From Chrysomallon squamiferum (lineage: Eukaryota > Animalia > Mollusca): a stretch of DNA of 64,000 nucleotides. Under the pieces are notes generated by a model, which worked only from the letters and a program-made list of their open reading frames with translations, was not told where the DNA came from and searched no databases. How positions within the stretch are numbered: the first letter of the stretch is position 1; each line of letters begins with the position of its first letter. The stretch lies in NCBI GenBank assembly GCA_012295275.1, contig CM022665.1, forward strand, positions 12,524,001-12,588,000, in the 5' to 3' direction. This document shows positions 29,320-41,617 of this stretch, in pieces. The position numbers and the translations under genes were made by a program.

Positions 29320-29355
29320 TTTCTTCTTCTTCTTCTTCTTCTTCTTCTTCTTCTT

Positions 29356-29386
<31 letters not shown>

Positions 29387-29410
29387 TTATTATTATTATT
29401 ATTATTATTA
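29320..29410. repeat. Compound (TTC)n(TTA)n microsatellite
   Basis: Directly visible between the HACE1 3' region and the PSMA1 promoter. Confidence 0.95.
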
Positions 29411-29700
29411 ATGAATAATAATTATCACTTTGATTATACATATAGCGTTTAAATATTTAAATGTATTATTATCAACATGATAGTTTCTCGGGACAGATTT
29501 ATCATAGTCTTGTATCAGCAGGAGTGCAAAGTATTCTATTATATCGTTTGTGGATTTCCACTCATAAAACTAATAATTTATCCGACTTCAGATATCCCTT
29601 AACAAGTGTTGAGGACAAATTTGTCTAAGTTCGAACGACTTATAAATGATTAAGGGGAAATAATCCTCATTATATTAGAACTCTTCAAAGTAAGGAATCA

Positions 29701-29729
29701 ACTTCCTGCATTTCAATTCGCATAGTCAC
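29701..29729 (-). promoter_or_regulatory. ETS site plus ARE-like element just upstream of the PSMA1 ATG
   Basis: ACTTCCTG at 29701-29708 (CAGGAAGT on the - strand). GCATAGTCAC at 29720-29729 reads GTGACTATGC on the - strand, matching RTGACnnnGC. Confidence 0.4.
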
Positions 29730-29755
29730 TACATCTGCTGTAGAGAAAAGGGAAA

Positions 29756-32700
29756 ATGGTATTTTATTTATTTCACTTTGCTTTTATCACTTGAATGAAG
29801 AACTTATGGGGTTTATTAGGAAAAAGTTGTTTGTTTGTTTTTTCTTTAAAGTAGTTGACTAGATTTATCTTACTCTCAGTTAACGCATTAAAACCGGCGT
29901 GAGAACTAATACCTATTCTTGTAGTAGACTAGTACGTTAAGTACGTGATAACAACAAAAGAAAAAATAATGATAATAATAACAATAAATGTCCCGAATTA
30001 AAATTATTTCTGCGTCGCCGTAAAGAGCATGGAAATAAAATGATACCATATTTATATGATATTTAAAAAAAATCAAACAGGATTGACATTAATCCTGTGT
30101 AACACTAACAGTGTTCAGAAAATTCCATTTTCAAAAATATCACTTACTTATAAAATTATATATTATATGATAAAGATAAAAAGACAACATGATCTATCTG
30201 ATATGAAAGAAGTTGCGAATTTTTATATGAAGAGAATTTATTGGTATTTTTCCATGGAAGTGAAGTGATCTGTTACAGTCACTTGTAAACGTAAACACTG
30301 AAAATCTTGTATAGTGTCAACATACATAAATTATATATCAAAATGAAGCTTTTGATAATTTCTAAACATTTCTGTCAACTTGGAAGGCTAATTTACTAAG
30401 AACTTCCTTCATGATAAACATCTTTATCAGAAACAAAATAACAAAAAAATGCACCTTACTCACTTATTATACCACACATCTCACTAAACCAATTTAAATA
30501 CCAGCTACCTCATATATTTGTATGATCTGGCAGAGAAAGAGAGAAAAGCATAATCTACATTTATTATATGTTTGAAAGTTCATAAAACCTACCTTTGTTG
30601 GTTTGATGGTAAATTTGGTAAAATGGTAAACTTCTCTATCTATACACCAAAGCTTAACAAGGCTTATGCAGCAAGAAACAAAAACAAAGATGAAGTTACA
30701 ATATTTGTTATTTTGGAAAACGTATAAAAATAACCACAAAAAATTTAAATAATAACGTCTATGTGATTTTGCTATTATCAAAAATGTTATGTAACCCTTC
30801 ATATTTAATATGGTTTTCCAGTACTATCTTGTTAATAATTATAATCTATTTTAATATATCATTGGGTTTTTATTCTCTTTCAGTTTCGAAACCAGTATGA
30901 TAATGATGTTACAGTGTGGAGTCCACAGGTATTAAATGATCATTTATATTAACATTGTTTGCTAAAAATTTCCGTATATCAAATTAAAAAAAGCATTTTT
31001 CCCTAAAACATTTTTTTGTTTGTTTTAAGATTTGTTAAGGGATAAGCATGAAAACATTGTACAATATTTATCATATTATCCTCATTATCATGTCTGTATA
31101 TTTAATCATTAAAAATAAAATCTCTCTATTTTAATAAATGGAGATCATATTTATAAAAACATAATAATTAAAAAACTGATTCCATGGTAGATATTTATAT
31201 AAACATTATACAGAGAATGGTTAAAAATATACTACTGTTGAAACTTTTGTAAAAATAAAAATAAATATAAATAAATAGACAAAAATAAAGATGAATATTT
31301 TCCAATGTTAGGGTCGAATACACCAGATTGAATATGCAATGGAGGCTGTTAAACAGGGATCTGCCACAGTTGGTTTGAAATCTCGTAAATATGCCATTTT
31401 AGTAGCTTTAAAGGTTAGTTAACTTTTTAATTTATACATTTATTTTACTTGTGTTTATCAGAGAAGTATATTCTTTACATCAAAGTAACAAATTTTGTCA
31501 AACACTTTTACAAAAGTTAAGTTCCATTTTTAATGTAGATTTAAAAAAATATATACTGAACTGCAATTGAATCTTTGTTAACATTATTATTGCAACATGC
31601 TTCATTAGAATTTCCATACAAATTGTTTTGGTACAGACACTCTATCATAAATAACATAAAGTGTATGTTTTTCAATATGTCTTTGCTTTTTGTTTGCAAT
31701 ATATTCATATTAAATATAGTTTACTTAATTATTTGTAATAAAATAATTCTTTAATGTTTGGGAAAAATAGAGAGCACCTTCAGAGTTGTCTGCTCACCAA
31801 AAGAAAATTTTACCTGTGGATGATCATGTAGGAGTTTCTATAGCAGGTCTTACAGCAGATGCAAGACTGTTATGGTAAGTCTGTATGTTTTTATGTAGAT
31901 GTGTGTGCGTGCATGCTTACATACACCTGTAAAGTATTCTTCCTTTTTTTTTCACATTTTGTTTTCTTTTCACCTTTTTGTCACAGATGCACACAACAGA
32001 TACACCAAGCATTTGTGTGTGTGTGTGTGTGTGTTTTCAAAGATGCAACTAACACTGGTTTTGAGATGAAAATATGGTAACAGGTAATATTATCATACAC
32101 ACAGTATTACATGGCCAGTAAATCTGTGCGACTTTAAAGGTATTAGTATATGATCAGTTATGAAATGCACTTAATTTCAGTGTGTTTATTAAATGAATTA
32201 AATGTTTAATCAGTGAGTGCTTCATTTTCAGAACAATTCTACTTCTTGCATATGTTTCCATTCTTTTTCTTAATTTTATTTTTTTATTTATGCTGCTTAT
32301 TGTTTTTCTTTTGATTTTAAAGTTCTCAGTTGTAAACAGTGTTATTAATATCATAATGATTATATATATTTTTTCTGTCCACAGTAACTTTTTAAGAACT
32401 GAGTGTCTAAATTCAAGATATGCCTATGATACACCTTTACCTGTATCACGGTTGGTTTCATTGATTGGAAACAGTATCCTTTTCACAATTTTATGAAAAC
32501 TATATTTCAACTACTAAATTATGGAATAGCAAAATGGAAATATTGTATTGACAGTGCATAAACTTTAATAGTAAAATATCTCTAGTTGATTATTAACCAG
32601 TTATTTTTTATTCAGTCTTTGAAGATTGAAAAGTATAATAACTGAAAATTGGAATGGGTTCAGAAAAAAAAAAAAAAAAACAAATATTAGATACAGTATT

Positions 32701-35700
32701 TATATAGCCTTTTCTGTCCATATAGAATATTTATGACTGTATGAAATCAGTATTGCTATTTAATCTGCTTCAGCGTTCAGGGTTACATTTCTCATTGATA
32801 TAATCATGTATCTAATTCACAGACTATCCAGTGCTTTTCAAATACAGTAATGTGTACATGTACATAAAACCACGAGCCCTAACATTATAATGAGAAGTCT
32901 TTAAGCAAATATTCATTGATTCATTGTATATATTATGTGTACAATTATAATGAAAATAGTTAGATTTTCTTAACTTACAAGAATCACAAATACCTACACA
33001 ACGCTATGGAAGAAGACCATTTGGTGTTGGGCTTCTTGTGGCAGGATATGATGTAAGTGTTCTTTACAGGCCCTCTTTATATTACTGTTATTACAAATAT
33101 ATTTTTTATTTTTTTGGGTTAAACATACATAAATAAAATAATTTTCTTCATTATCCATCTTCTGAAATGGTTTGTAAAATGATATTCTGTGTCATTGGTA
33201 TTTCAGTAGAATCAGTTACATAAATAAATTGCTGTTGCTGTATATTAGTTGTGAAGTATATTCAGTGTCTTATATTTTGTTTTAAAAAAACAAAATGGGG
33301 GAGAGAGACGGAGATGATGTTAGAGACAGATTTTATTATAGTTGATTTTAAAAGATATGCAGTTTCTATCAGTTAAGCTAATTTTGATTTAACTGATTAC
33401 TGAAAGTTAGATCATTTATAATAAACATATAAAATTTAAAACAAAAGAAATCTTATGGAAAATATGTTCATAATTTTTTAATCCTTTTTTCTTTTTTTTC
33501 TTTTTTTAATTCTCTACTGTAAAGTGTCATGCCATATAAATGAGGAGAAATATGTAGTTTGAAATTTTATATATATATATATATATACACAGAGACATAT
33601 AAACACACACACACACACACATTTGTTTTTATTTATTTTATTTTTTGGCAGGACATGGGTCCTCATATATATCAGACTTGTCCTTCAGCAAACTTTTATG
33701 ATTGCAAAGCCATGGCTATTGGAGCACGCTCTCAGTCTGCAAGAACTTACCTTGAAAGAAATTTAGACAAATTTTTAGATTGTAAGAAATTTAGACAAAT
33801 TTTCATTAATATGTACCAGTTAGTTTTTATCTAGATTATTTTTTTTTTTTAGGTTTTTAAAGATGAAATTTATCCTACGTTAAAGAATGGTTGATTTACC
33901 TTTGAAAAAAAGCTGTAGAATTAACTATTTAAAAATTACCTTGTTGTAAACATGATGATGAAATATTACTAAATTTATTACCATATTTCATAACAGTTAC
34001 CTTGTATAAATATTTTAGATTTCTTTTTATGTTGCTGTTTTTTAAAGCAGTTTATGAGTTGCTTCAGACAGTTTTTTTTTTAGGTTTTTTTTATCTTGTA
34101 ATAAACACAATTTTTATTTTAGGTTCTTTGGAAGAACTTGCAAAACATGGCTTGAGAGCATTAAGAGATACATTACCACAGGAAGTTGAATTGACTACAA
34201 AGGTAAACTTGTAATTAAAATCTGCAAGGAACTGTGGGAAACTTAAAATTATGAATAAGCATTTTATTATTAGTATACAGAAAGGGAGATAATTTAATCT
34301 CAAAAAATTAAATCAAACAGAACTGATATTAGCTTAGGTCTCTTAAGTACCTTTATTTTAGTTTATAACAAAAACAGTCTTAACTTTGCTGATAACAAAT
34401 CACAAAATTTTATTTAACTGAACTCAGATATTTTAGATATGTTTCCTCATCTATATATATTTTTTTATTCTCTTTAGTATAATGTTTCTCCTTTATATTT
34501 TTTTTTTTTTTTTATTTTTTTTTTTTTTTTTTCAGTGCTTTTATTTTATTTTAATACTAAATGAAAATTGTTTTATTTTTTTTAATTTTTTTTTATTATT
34601 CTCTCCAGAATTGTTCTGTGGGTATTGTTGGTGAAGGCATGGACTTCACAATCTTTGATGATGATGCAGTGTCAACTTATGTATCCTTTTCAGTTCAAAG
34701 AGTTCTTATTCAGAAAAATATTCAGCCTCAATATTAATAATACTGCAATATTTTTTATCAGTAAATCTAAAACTAAAAGATATATTTTCTTCTTTTTTTT
34801 CTTTCTGTGGAAATGATTTATAATTTTTGTTATTATTATTTTTTCAAATCATTCTAAATGTAATGTTTTTGCTATAATATATTTATTCTCTTGTGCAGAT
34901 TTTCTTTGAACTTTTTTTTTTTGTTGTTTTCTATGAGTATTTTCTACAGTATTATCATCTGTAATTGACATACGTATGTAGTTTTTTTCTTAATGTAAAT
35001 CAGCTGTCTATGATTGAAGGAGAAGAAAGATCAACTCCAGCTGCTTCTGAAGAACCACCAGCTGATGTGAGTTCTAAAATTGGGAAAGGCTTCATATGTA
35101 TTGTCTTTTTACAATTGTCTATTACATACATATATTTGGTTTTTTATCTGATACTATCATTATCTTTTAATAATAATGTGAGTAGGTGTGCCATACAGAT
35201 ATCTAACTACATACAGTGAGAGATGGCAGACCTGCCATCACTTACAACAAGTTCACTCGTCATTCATCAGCAATGGCAGTAATATTTTCTGTACCATCCC
35301 TTCATTTAATTTGCACCAGTTACGCCAATTCCTGCCATCCCTTTCACAAATGCTGGGGATATCTCTCCATACCCACCTAGCAGTCTGTGAATTAAAAGGA
35401 ACAAAAAAGTTAATTAAACTAATGATCTTAGTGTATATTCCAGTTTCAGTAACAAACAAAAAACTTATGAGCAGAAGTTTGCTATTTACTTAAATGTTGT
35501 TAGAAAGGTTTTGTCAAATTTTCTACTTTATTTATTATTAAATGTACCTTTTTTTTTTTTTTATCATCTACATCATCATCATTTTCATTATCATTATTGT
35601 CAGCATTATGATCATGATCATTATCATTATTGTCAACATGATCATCATCATTATTAATATTATCATTATTTTTATTATTATTTATTATTACATTATTATT

Positions 35701-35824
35701 GTCACCATCATTATCATTATTATTATTATTTCAGGCTGCAATGGATACTGAACGGACAGATGAAAGCAGTCAGCAACCTGAAACTAGTGGTTCAGGACCT
35801 CCACCAGAGGGCATGGATCAGTAA
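29756..35824 (+). CDS. PSMA1: Proteasome subunit alpha type-1 (alpha6), 11 coding exons, 282 aa
   Basis: Exons: 29756-29758 (ATG only), 30884-30928, 31312-31413, 31771-31874, 32385-32473, 32982-33052, 33652-33781, 34123-34202, 34609-34680, 35004-35066, 35735-35824; total 849 nt. Translation includes [97 protein letters not shown] and [11 protein letters not shown]. Confidence 0.97.
32474..32981 (+). other. U12-type (minor spliceosome) GT-AG intron, PSMA1 intron 5
   Basis: Donor GTATCCTTTT at 32474. Branch TTTTCTTAAC lies about 10 nt before the AAG acceptor at 32981, with no polypyrimidine tract. Splicing restores LIGN-K-SQIPTQ. Confidence 0.9.
34681..35003 (+). other. U12-type (minor spliceosome) GT-AG intron, PSMA1 intron 9
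   Basis: Donor GTATCCTTTT at 34681. Branch TTTTCTTAAT lies about 10 nt before the CAG acceptor at 35001-35003. Splicing gives DDDAVSTY|LSMIEGEER in frame. Confidence 0.85.
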
Positions 35825-38366
35825 CTGTCACACATGAAATCATTCATCATTGTAATCAATTTCACTATGGAACTAAATGGATGATACATCTTCTCCCTAA
35901 ATATACCGACACAAACCAAGAACTGCAGTCTTATTTTATATGTTTAGATGTATTTAGACACTCTTCCTGGCACATTAATTGATTGATGTTATTAGTTATT
36001 AGACATTATTAATAACATCTGATATCTTTTCAGTTTTGGATGTCCATTTTTTTCAATAACAAATGTACATCTGAAGCTAGTACCTCCTCTATCCAGGTAC
36101 ATATATAAGATTCATTTTCCATGAAGATACTGATCACTGTTCTACCTAGGCATTTTATTTTATATATTTAGAAAACTTATAAGATGGAGTTGTATTTAAA
36201 CACTCTTCCTCAAATATTGATTGATTAATTGGTTATTAGGCATTTTCGATTTTGGATGTACATGTCTGTGAATAAGAAATGTACATACATAACATCCTTA
36301 TTTACAAAACAGTGTTATATATTAATTGATAACCAACATTGTTTTTTGCTGGAGATTTTTGTGACATTACAAAGAACGGAGAATTGTGTACCATTATGAT
36401 TGGTGGTTAAAATGTTATCTTTGATGTTTGCTTGATGTTCAGGCCATGTTTATCAAATAAAAGTTAGCTGATATTTTTTCTTTATATCCTCCTAGTTTGT
36501 TGTATTTAAATCATTACAAACATCAATCATTTCTGTCCGAATAAGAAACATTAAAAGCCATTTTCATTTTACTGAAAGATGAATACCTTTTTGCTTTTTA
36601 ACACAGTATGTGATTGTTGATTGTTGTTATTATTAGGTTTTAACCTCTTCAGTACATTTTTTGATTTCTATAATGATTGTGAATTAGACTTCCTCTTTGC
36701 CCTTATGGACAATTTCAACAATCAAAATAAACTGAATTGAAACAGAATCTCTGATACAAAAAAACATATATTTACTAGCCTAGACAATGCCAGGATATCT
36801 TCTAACATGTTCAAAGTTCAGCATAGATGCTACAATTCTGGCAGTGAGAGTGGGTGAGGGGGAAATGCTGCACTGATGTTTTTAATTTTCAACATTTCTT
36901 ACGTTTTTTATCTTGCTATTAAAATTATTTTCAGAAAAGTTTGTGAAACGGCACTCTTGCATATATTTGCTATTGGATGCTGATGGCCATCTTAGCAGTG
37001 ATTAGATAAATGGTGACTTTGTTATCACAACATGAGATGAACCTGCCTATTTTGATTTGAAACAACAGATCTTTTATATTTTGTACAAAATTAATAATTA
37101 TTGAAGACACCATCAACTCAAACATTTACTCCAGGACATCATCTCATGTTTTTCAAATCTTCAGAATATAAAGGGGGAAAATGTTAAAGTAGCAAAATAA
37201 TAAAATGTCAAAATTCCTTTAGTGGAGTCATGTGTCGATTATTAATTCTTAATGTTATGGGATCAAACTGAAAAAGAACTGATAAAGGAAATTTCCATGA
37301 CTTTAAAACTGACGGGCAGTAAAAAACAGTAAGGCTGGTTCTGATTACTAATAAAAAGGAAATTATTTTTCTTTCAACTTAAAAAACCACTGCTTCTCTG
37401 TTTGAGTGATTCAATCAGTGAAATAAAATTAGATATATTAAATAATTGACTGTAATTAAATGTAATTTGTTTTATGCATTTAAACGGATCTAACCAGAGG
37501 GATCTGTACTGTATATTTGAAATTTTTCTAGAATTTCAGTTTGTTACCCAGACAGAATGGGTAGCATAATAAGAGAAAATTTTATTATTTTTACGTTCTT
37601 TCTAAAATATACAGTTAACATATTAAAACGCCTTCTAAATATATGGTGAGACATCTATATATTTTCAAATTAACTTAATGTCAGTAAAAACCCGCTATGT
37701 CAGTTTACGTTGGTATGGCCATAAATATTTGTTACTTCTGTTCCACATATCAACCCATGGATCTTTGAGGCATTACTGTACAAAATAATCTAACCGTGAA
37801 AATGAGACACAGTAATGTCTAACAGTTAATAACTGTCAGAAATATAAGGAGATGTGGTTAACATTAACCAATCAACCTTACCAAAACAAAGAGTTGTTAT
37901 TTTTAAATCATTTGGTATCAGTTTTGCCACAAATAATAGGTATGGATGCACCATTTGCTAAACTAAGACATTTTGAAAATGACAATGGACGAAAGGTATG
38001 TTATATATTAAATACAGAAATCAGTTTCATAAATAATAATAATACATTTTTAATTTTTAATTTTTTTATTATTAATTTTTTTTTTTTTTTTACTTAGCGC
38101 ATTTGAACTGTCATTCATTTTTCTAGTAGAACAGATTCATTGAACAAAAGTGCATATGTTATATGATTATATGTGAGTGACAGAGAGAGAGAGAGAGAGA
38201 GAATAAATTAGAAAATAAAGCTTGGAAAATGACATCTCAGCACATAGAGCAAACCTGCTGTACATTTATTATTTGTTTGGAGTTTTTACACAGAAGTGAA
38301 ACATACAATATACTCTGTAGACTAATTTTGACAGTAAACAGAAATTTTTATTAATGTTGTTGGTAT

Positions 38367-39260
38367 GTTCTCAAAACTGGCAGTCTCCAGATTATGTAAT
38401 TGGTGAGGAAATGGGAAAACTGGTGTGAGCAATTAAGGCCAATTTAGAGGCATGAAGAACAGAGGGGGCGATTAACAAGATTAACTTTAATGAGCAGTGA
38501 AGATCAGAGGTGAGCCGGAATAGAGATTGCAAGAAAATTAATGTATGGAGACATGAAATTAATGTTGTATCTCAGTAAAATTTGGAGACAGGAAATACTG
38601 CCACTTTTAACAAGATCAATTAAAATAAAATTTGCAGACAGGAAATACTACCTATATAAATACTGTACAGTCATGATGTTTGTTATGTTTGATCATGGCT
38701 GCGAAGAGAGAAATTTTGGACGGCAGAAAACCAGGTGCGGACCTCATACTTGGATATAAGCATGCACGGCAGATTAATAACAAGAATGATACAGTACCAT
38801 GGAGATGTTTGTATTTGAGGTGCCTTGCCACCGTGACTACTACACCGGTTGGGACTGTGGTCAGGAGAGGTAGAGACCACATCCATTCCTCGGATGAGAG
38901 CAAAGTTGCTGTCCACCTAGTGACCAACACCATGCGGAAGCGAGCATGGGGGGAGCTGACCAGTATCCCAAAGATACATGAAGAGGAGAGGAAGAAGTTG
39001 TTGACCACAGGACATAGCTTCCAAAACTTCGTATAATTCTATTTTTGTTTCTTTCCAGAAAGAAGAGTAAAATATTTCTTGTGTAGATTGTGACTGATTG
39101 TCCTACAAATTGTGGACAAAAGTACATCAATTAAGGTGATGGGCCATCAACTAAGGTGACAGAACACCAATTAGTAAGGGTGAGCAGTAAACTGCCAGAA
39201 ATGGAACAACTGGTGTGTCCAATTGAGATGTGTTATAATCTCACTGCCAGAATCGGGAAT
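38367..39260 (+). mobile_element. Non-autonomous Mutator/MULE-like element with a FLYWCH zinc-finger remnant
   Basis: ORF 38680-39036 reads GY...TVPWRCLYLRCLATVTT...RDHIH...MRKRA, the FLYWCH W-x-C-x4-C...H-x-H pattern typical of MULE transposase N-termini. Degenerate inverted ends: ttctcaaaactggcagt..agattat at ~38368 and ataatctcactgccagaatcgggaa at ~39234-39259. Confidence 0.65.
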
Positions 39261-40167
39261 AAACCATGTTGTTATCGTTGCTCTTCATCTTGTTATTATC
39301 ATTATTATTATGTTTTTGTTTTGCACGCTTTCAGTTTCACAAAAAAAGGGAAATGACAACATCTATGAATCTTCATGCATCTTATTGCAATATATTATTA
39401 TTAAAGTTTACTGAGTAATATAAAATAAAACAAAATGTATGTAAAGGGCAGGGGGGAGCAAGGCAAGCGGAACTTGTAAGACCAATAGGTTGGTATAACA
39501 TATATATACGTAATATATATCACTGTCTAAAGAATAACAAACAAGATAGGGTTTCCAATTAAAGAGCTTTAATCTTAGTTAATTCCTGATACAGCAATGT
39601 TATAACAAACTGACCATGTCCATAAAACAAATTGTAATAAAAATTCTACAGTTGTAAAACTAAAAACATCAAACCAAAACAAAAATCCTGATGTTTAGAT
39701 AAAAAGATAATTATAAACAAATATATTCAACAAACATAATCAAATACATAATATACAGTTCAATAAAATAAAATCTGAGGAGAATTCAGTTACATGCATT
39801 TTAATATTAATCTCAGCTGTTAAAGTTTATTCCATCCTAACTGTTTCACCCCATCCCATGTGTTAAATGTAACCTTAAATGAAAGCAATTAACTTCAGCA
39901 GGGTTTCTTTTCATTTTTGTAGTACAGCATGAAACTCTAGCTAACACCAGATTAATGGGTGTGATTTCATGTTTATCTGTTCCTGGCATACTAATACTAA
40001 TACCCTATTATAATAATTTGTACCACATATGCTATATAACAATTACACATAAATATAAAACATATGCAATGTTGTAAGTAGTGATGTCAGTAACACTTAC
40101 CCCACTCGACCAGTGTCGCCACCTGAACAGAAATAATATGTATCAGTTGTGTTTACTTTTAAATATG

Positions 40168-40286
40168 CAGTGGTACCTCGAGTTACAAGTGCCCCAACTT
40201 ACGAGTTTTCCGAGTTACGAGCAGCCACCCGGTCGATTTGTGCTTTGAGTTGCGAGACAAAATCCGAGTTATGAGCGAGCGTGGAG
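40168..40286 (+). mobile_element. pogo/Tigger-like DNA transposon terminal fragment
   Basis: Starts CAGTGGTACCTCGAGTTAC and carries repeated cgagttacga/cgagttatga subterminal motifs characteristic of pogo/Tigger ends. Only one end is visible. Confidence 0.55.
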
Positions 40287-41290
40287 TCAACATGGCCAAT
40301 TGATGGAATAGAAATACTTGGTGCCTTTCACTGCCTTGAGTGCTTCATCTACACGGGGAAGTGGATGCGCATCTTTGACAGTTTTTGCATTTAAGAGGCA
40401 GAAGTCTCCACATATTCTCAGCTTTCCACCGGACTTTCTAACAAGTACCAAAGCTGATACATAAGGTGAGTACTTGGGCGCAGAATGACTACAGCTACTT
40501 GGGTTTGCAGATAATCTTCTACTTCTTCCCACTGGTGGGTGGAACTCGGTGATAAAGGACTTTGATAGGAATATCATCTGAGGTGGTAATTTTATGTTTA
40601 ATGATGCTACAGTACCCTAGATCATGATTGCCTTTACTAAAAACATCATCAGAGTTGTAAACAAAATTACTTTATTTTCTCCTCCTCCATACAAGTTAAG
40701 TTATCCCCAATGTCCAACTGGTTAAAAATTAAATCATCGCTGGAGATATTTCCAAGCTTTGAGTCACAGCTCTGTAATTCTACACTGAGTGGCTCACATG
40801 GCAGATATTGAATTATTGTGCCAATCCCCATTACAGTAACTCTGGTGCGTGGCTATAAATAAACGTCCTCATTTCAACAGGAGTCAATCCATTTGCCACT
40901 GTAATCAATTTTGGGCTCCCAACAACACACTTTGACAAATTGTCATCTGCCTCTGAAAGACCATCTAAAACAACAGTTCTCTGAATGCCTCTAGGGTACC
41001 TCCTTGTTGAGCCAGGAACAACCTGCCAGATCCAGCTAGGATTCGAACAGGTTTCTTACCAGCAACCCAAATGCCCCCAAAATATTCCTAGACCTAACAG
41101 TGTTAGACGTTCAAGACGCTTAGATCTGCTGGCAATACAGAGCCAAAATCTGCACCCATTCTTCGTTAGTGGTTTCCTGGGGAATATTGGTTAAGAAATC
41201 AGGACCAGTTTGCTGAGCCAGTCTGTGGTGGATCACACGAAGAATGTTACTGCCAGTTACTCCAGGTAGATGGTGTTTCCTCAAGGACAT
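40287..41290 (-). mobile_element. Decayed Ty3/Gypsy LTR-retrotransposon pol fragment (reverse transcriptase N-terminal region)
   Basis: Minus-strand SPYVSALVLVRKSGGKLRICGDFCLLNAKTVKDAHPLPRVDEALKAVKGTKYFYSI matches the Gypsy RT pattern SP..SP..LV.K..G..R.C.D.R.LN..T.KD..PLP.I. Broken, GC-richer frames continue to ~41290 and include PGVTGSNIL, a protease-tail-like motif. No LTRs seen. Confidence 0.85.
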
Positions 41291-41585
41291 TAGAGAATCT
41301 GGTAAATTGTTTACCATTAAAAAAATAAAAAAAATAAAAAAGACCTGGGGAAAAGTTCTGCCTAAAATATGCAGATCAGTTTCAAAATAGCCTTTAAAAG
41401 AAATGCTGTGACTATTTTGCTGCCGAAACATTAATAATCTGATCTTTATATAATAGGAAGCAATGGCTATTATTTCTCTATTCTACATGTATTCAGGCTA
41501 TTAATAAAAAATACTAAAAAAAATATAAAACTTATTGTTGTGGGGGTTTTCAAACTAGGTTAAGAGTTGCTTGCATTATAAACTG

Positions 41586-41617
<32 letters not shown>

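Noticed and set aside
31414-31770. Third U12 intron in PSMA1 (purine-rich acceptor, ttctttaat branch-like motif)
   Set aside because: The donor is GTTAGT, a U2 type, and the branch-like motif is unremarkable in AT-rich DNA.
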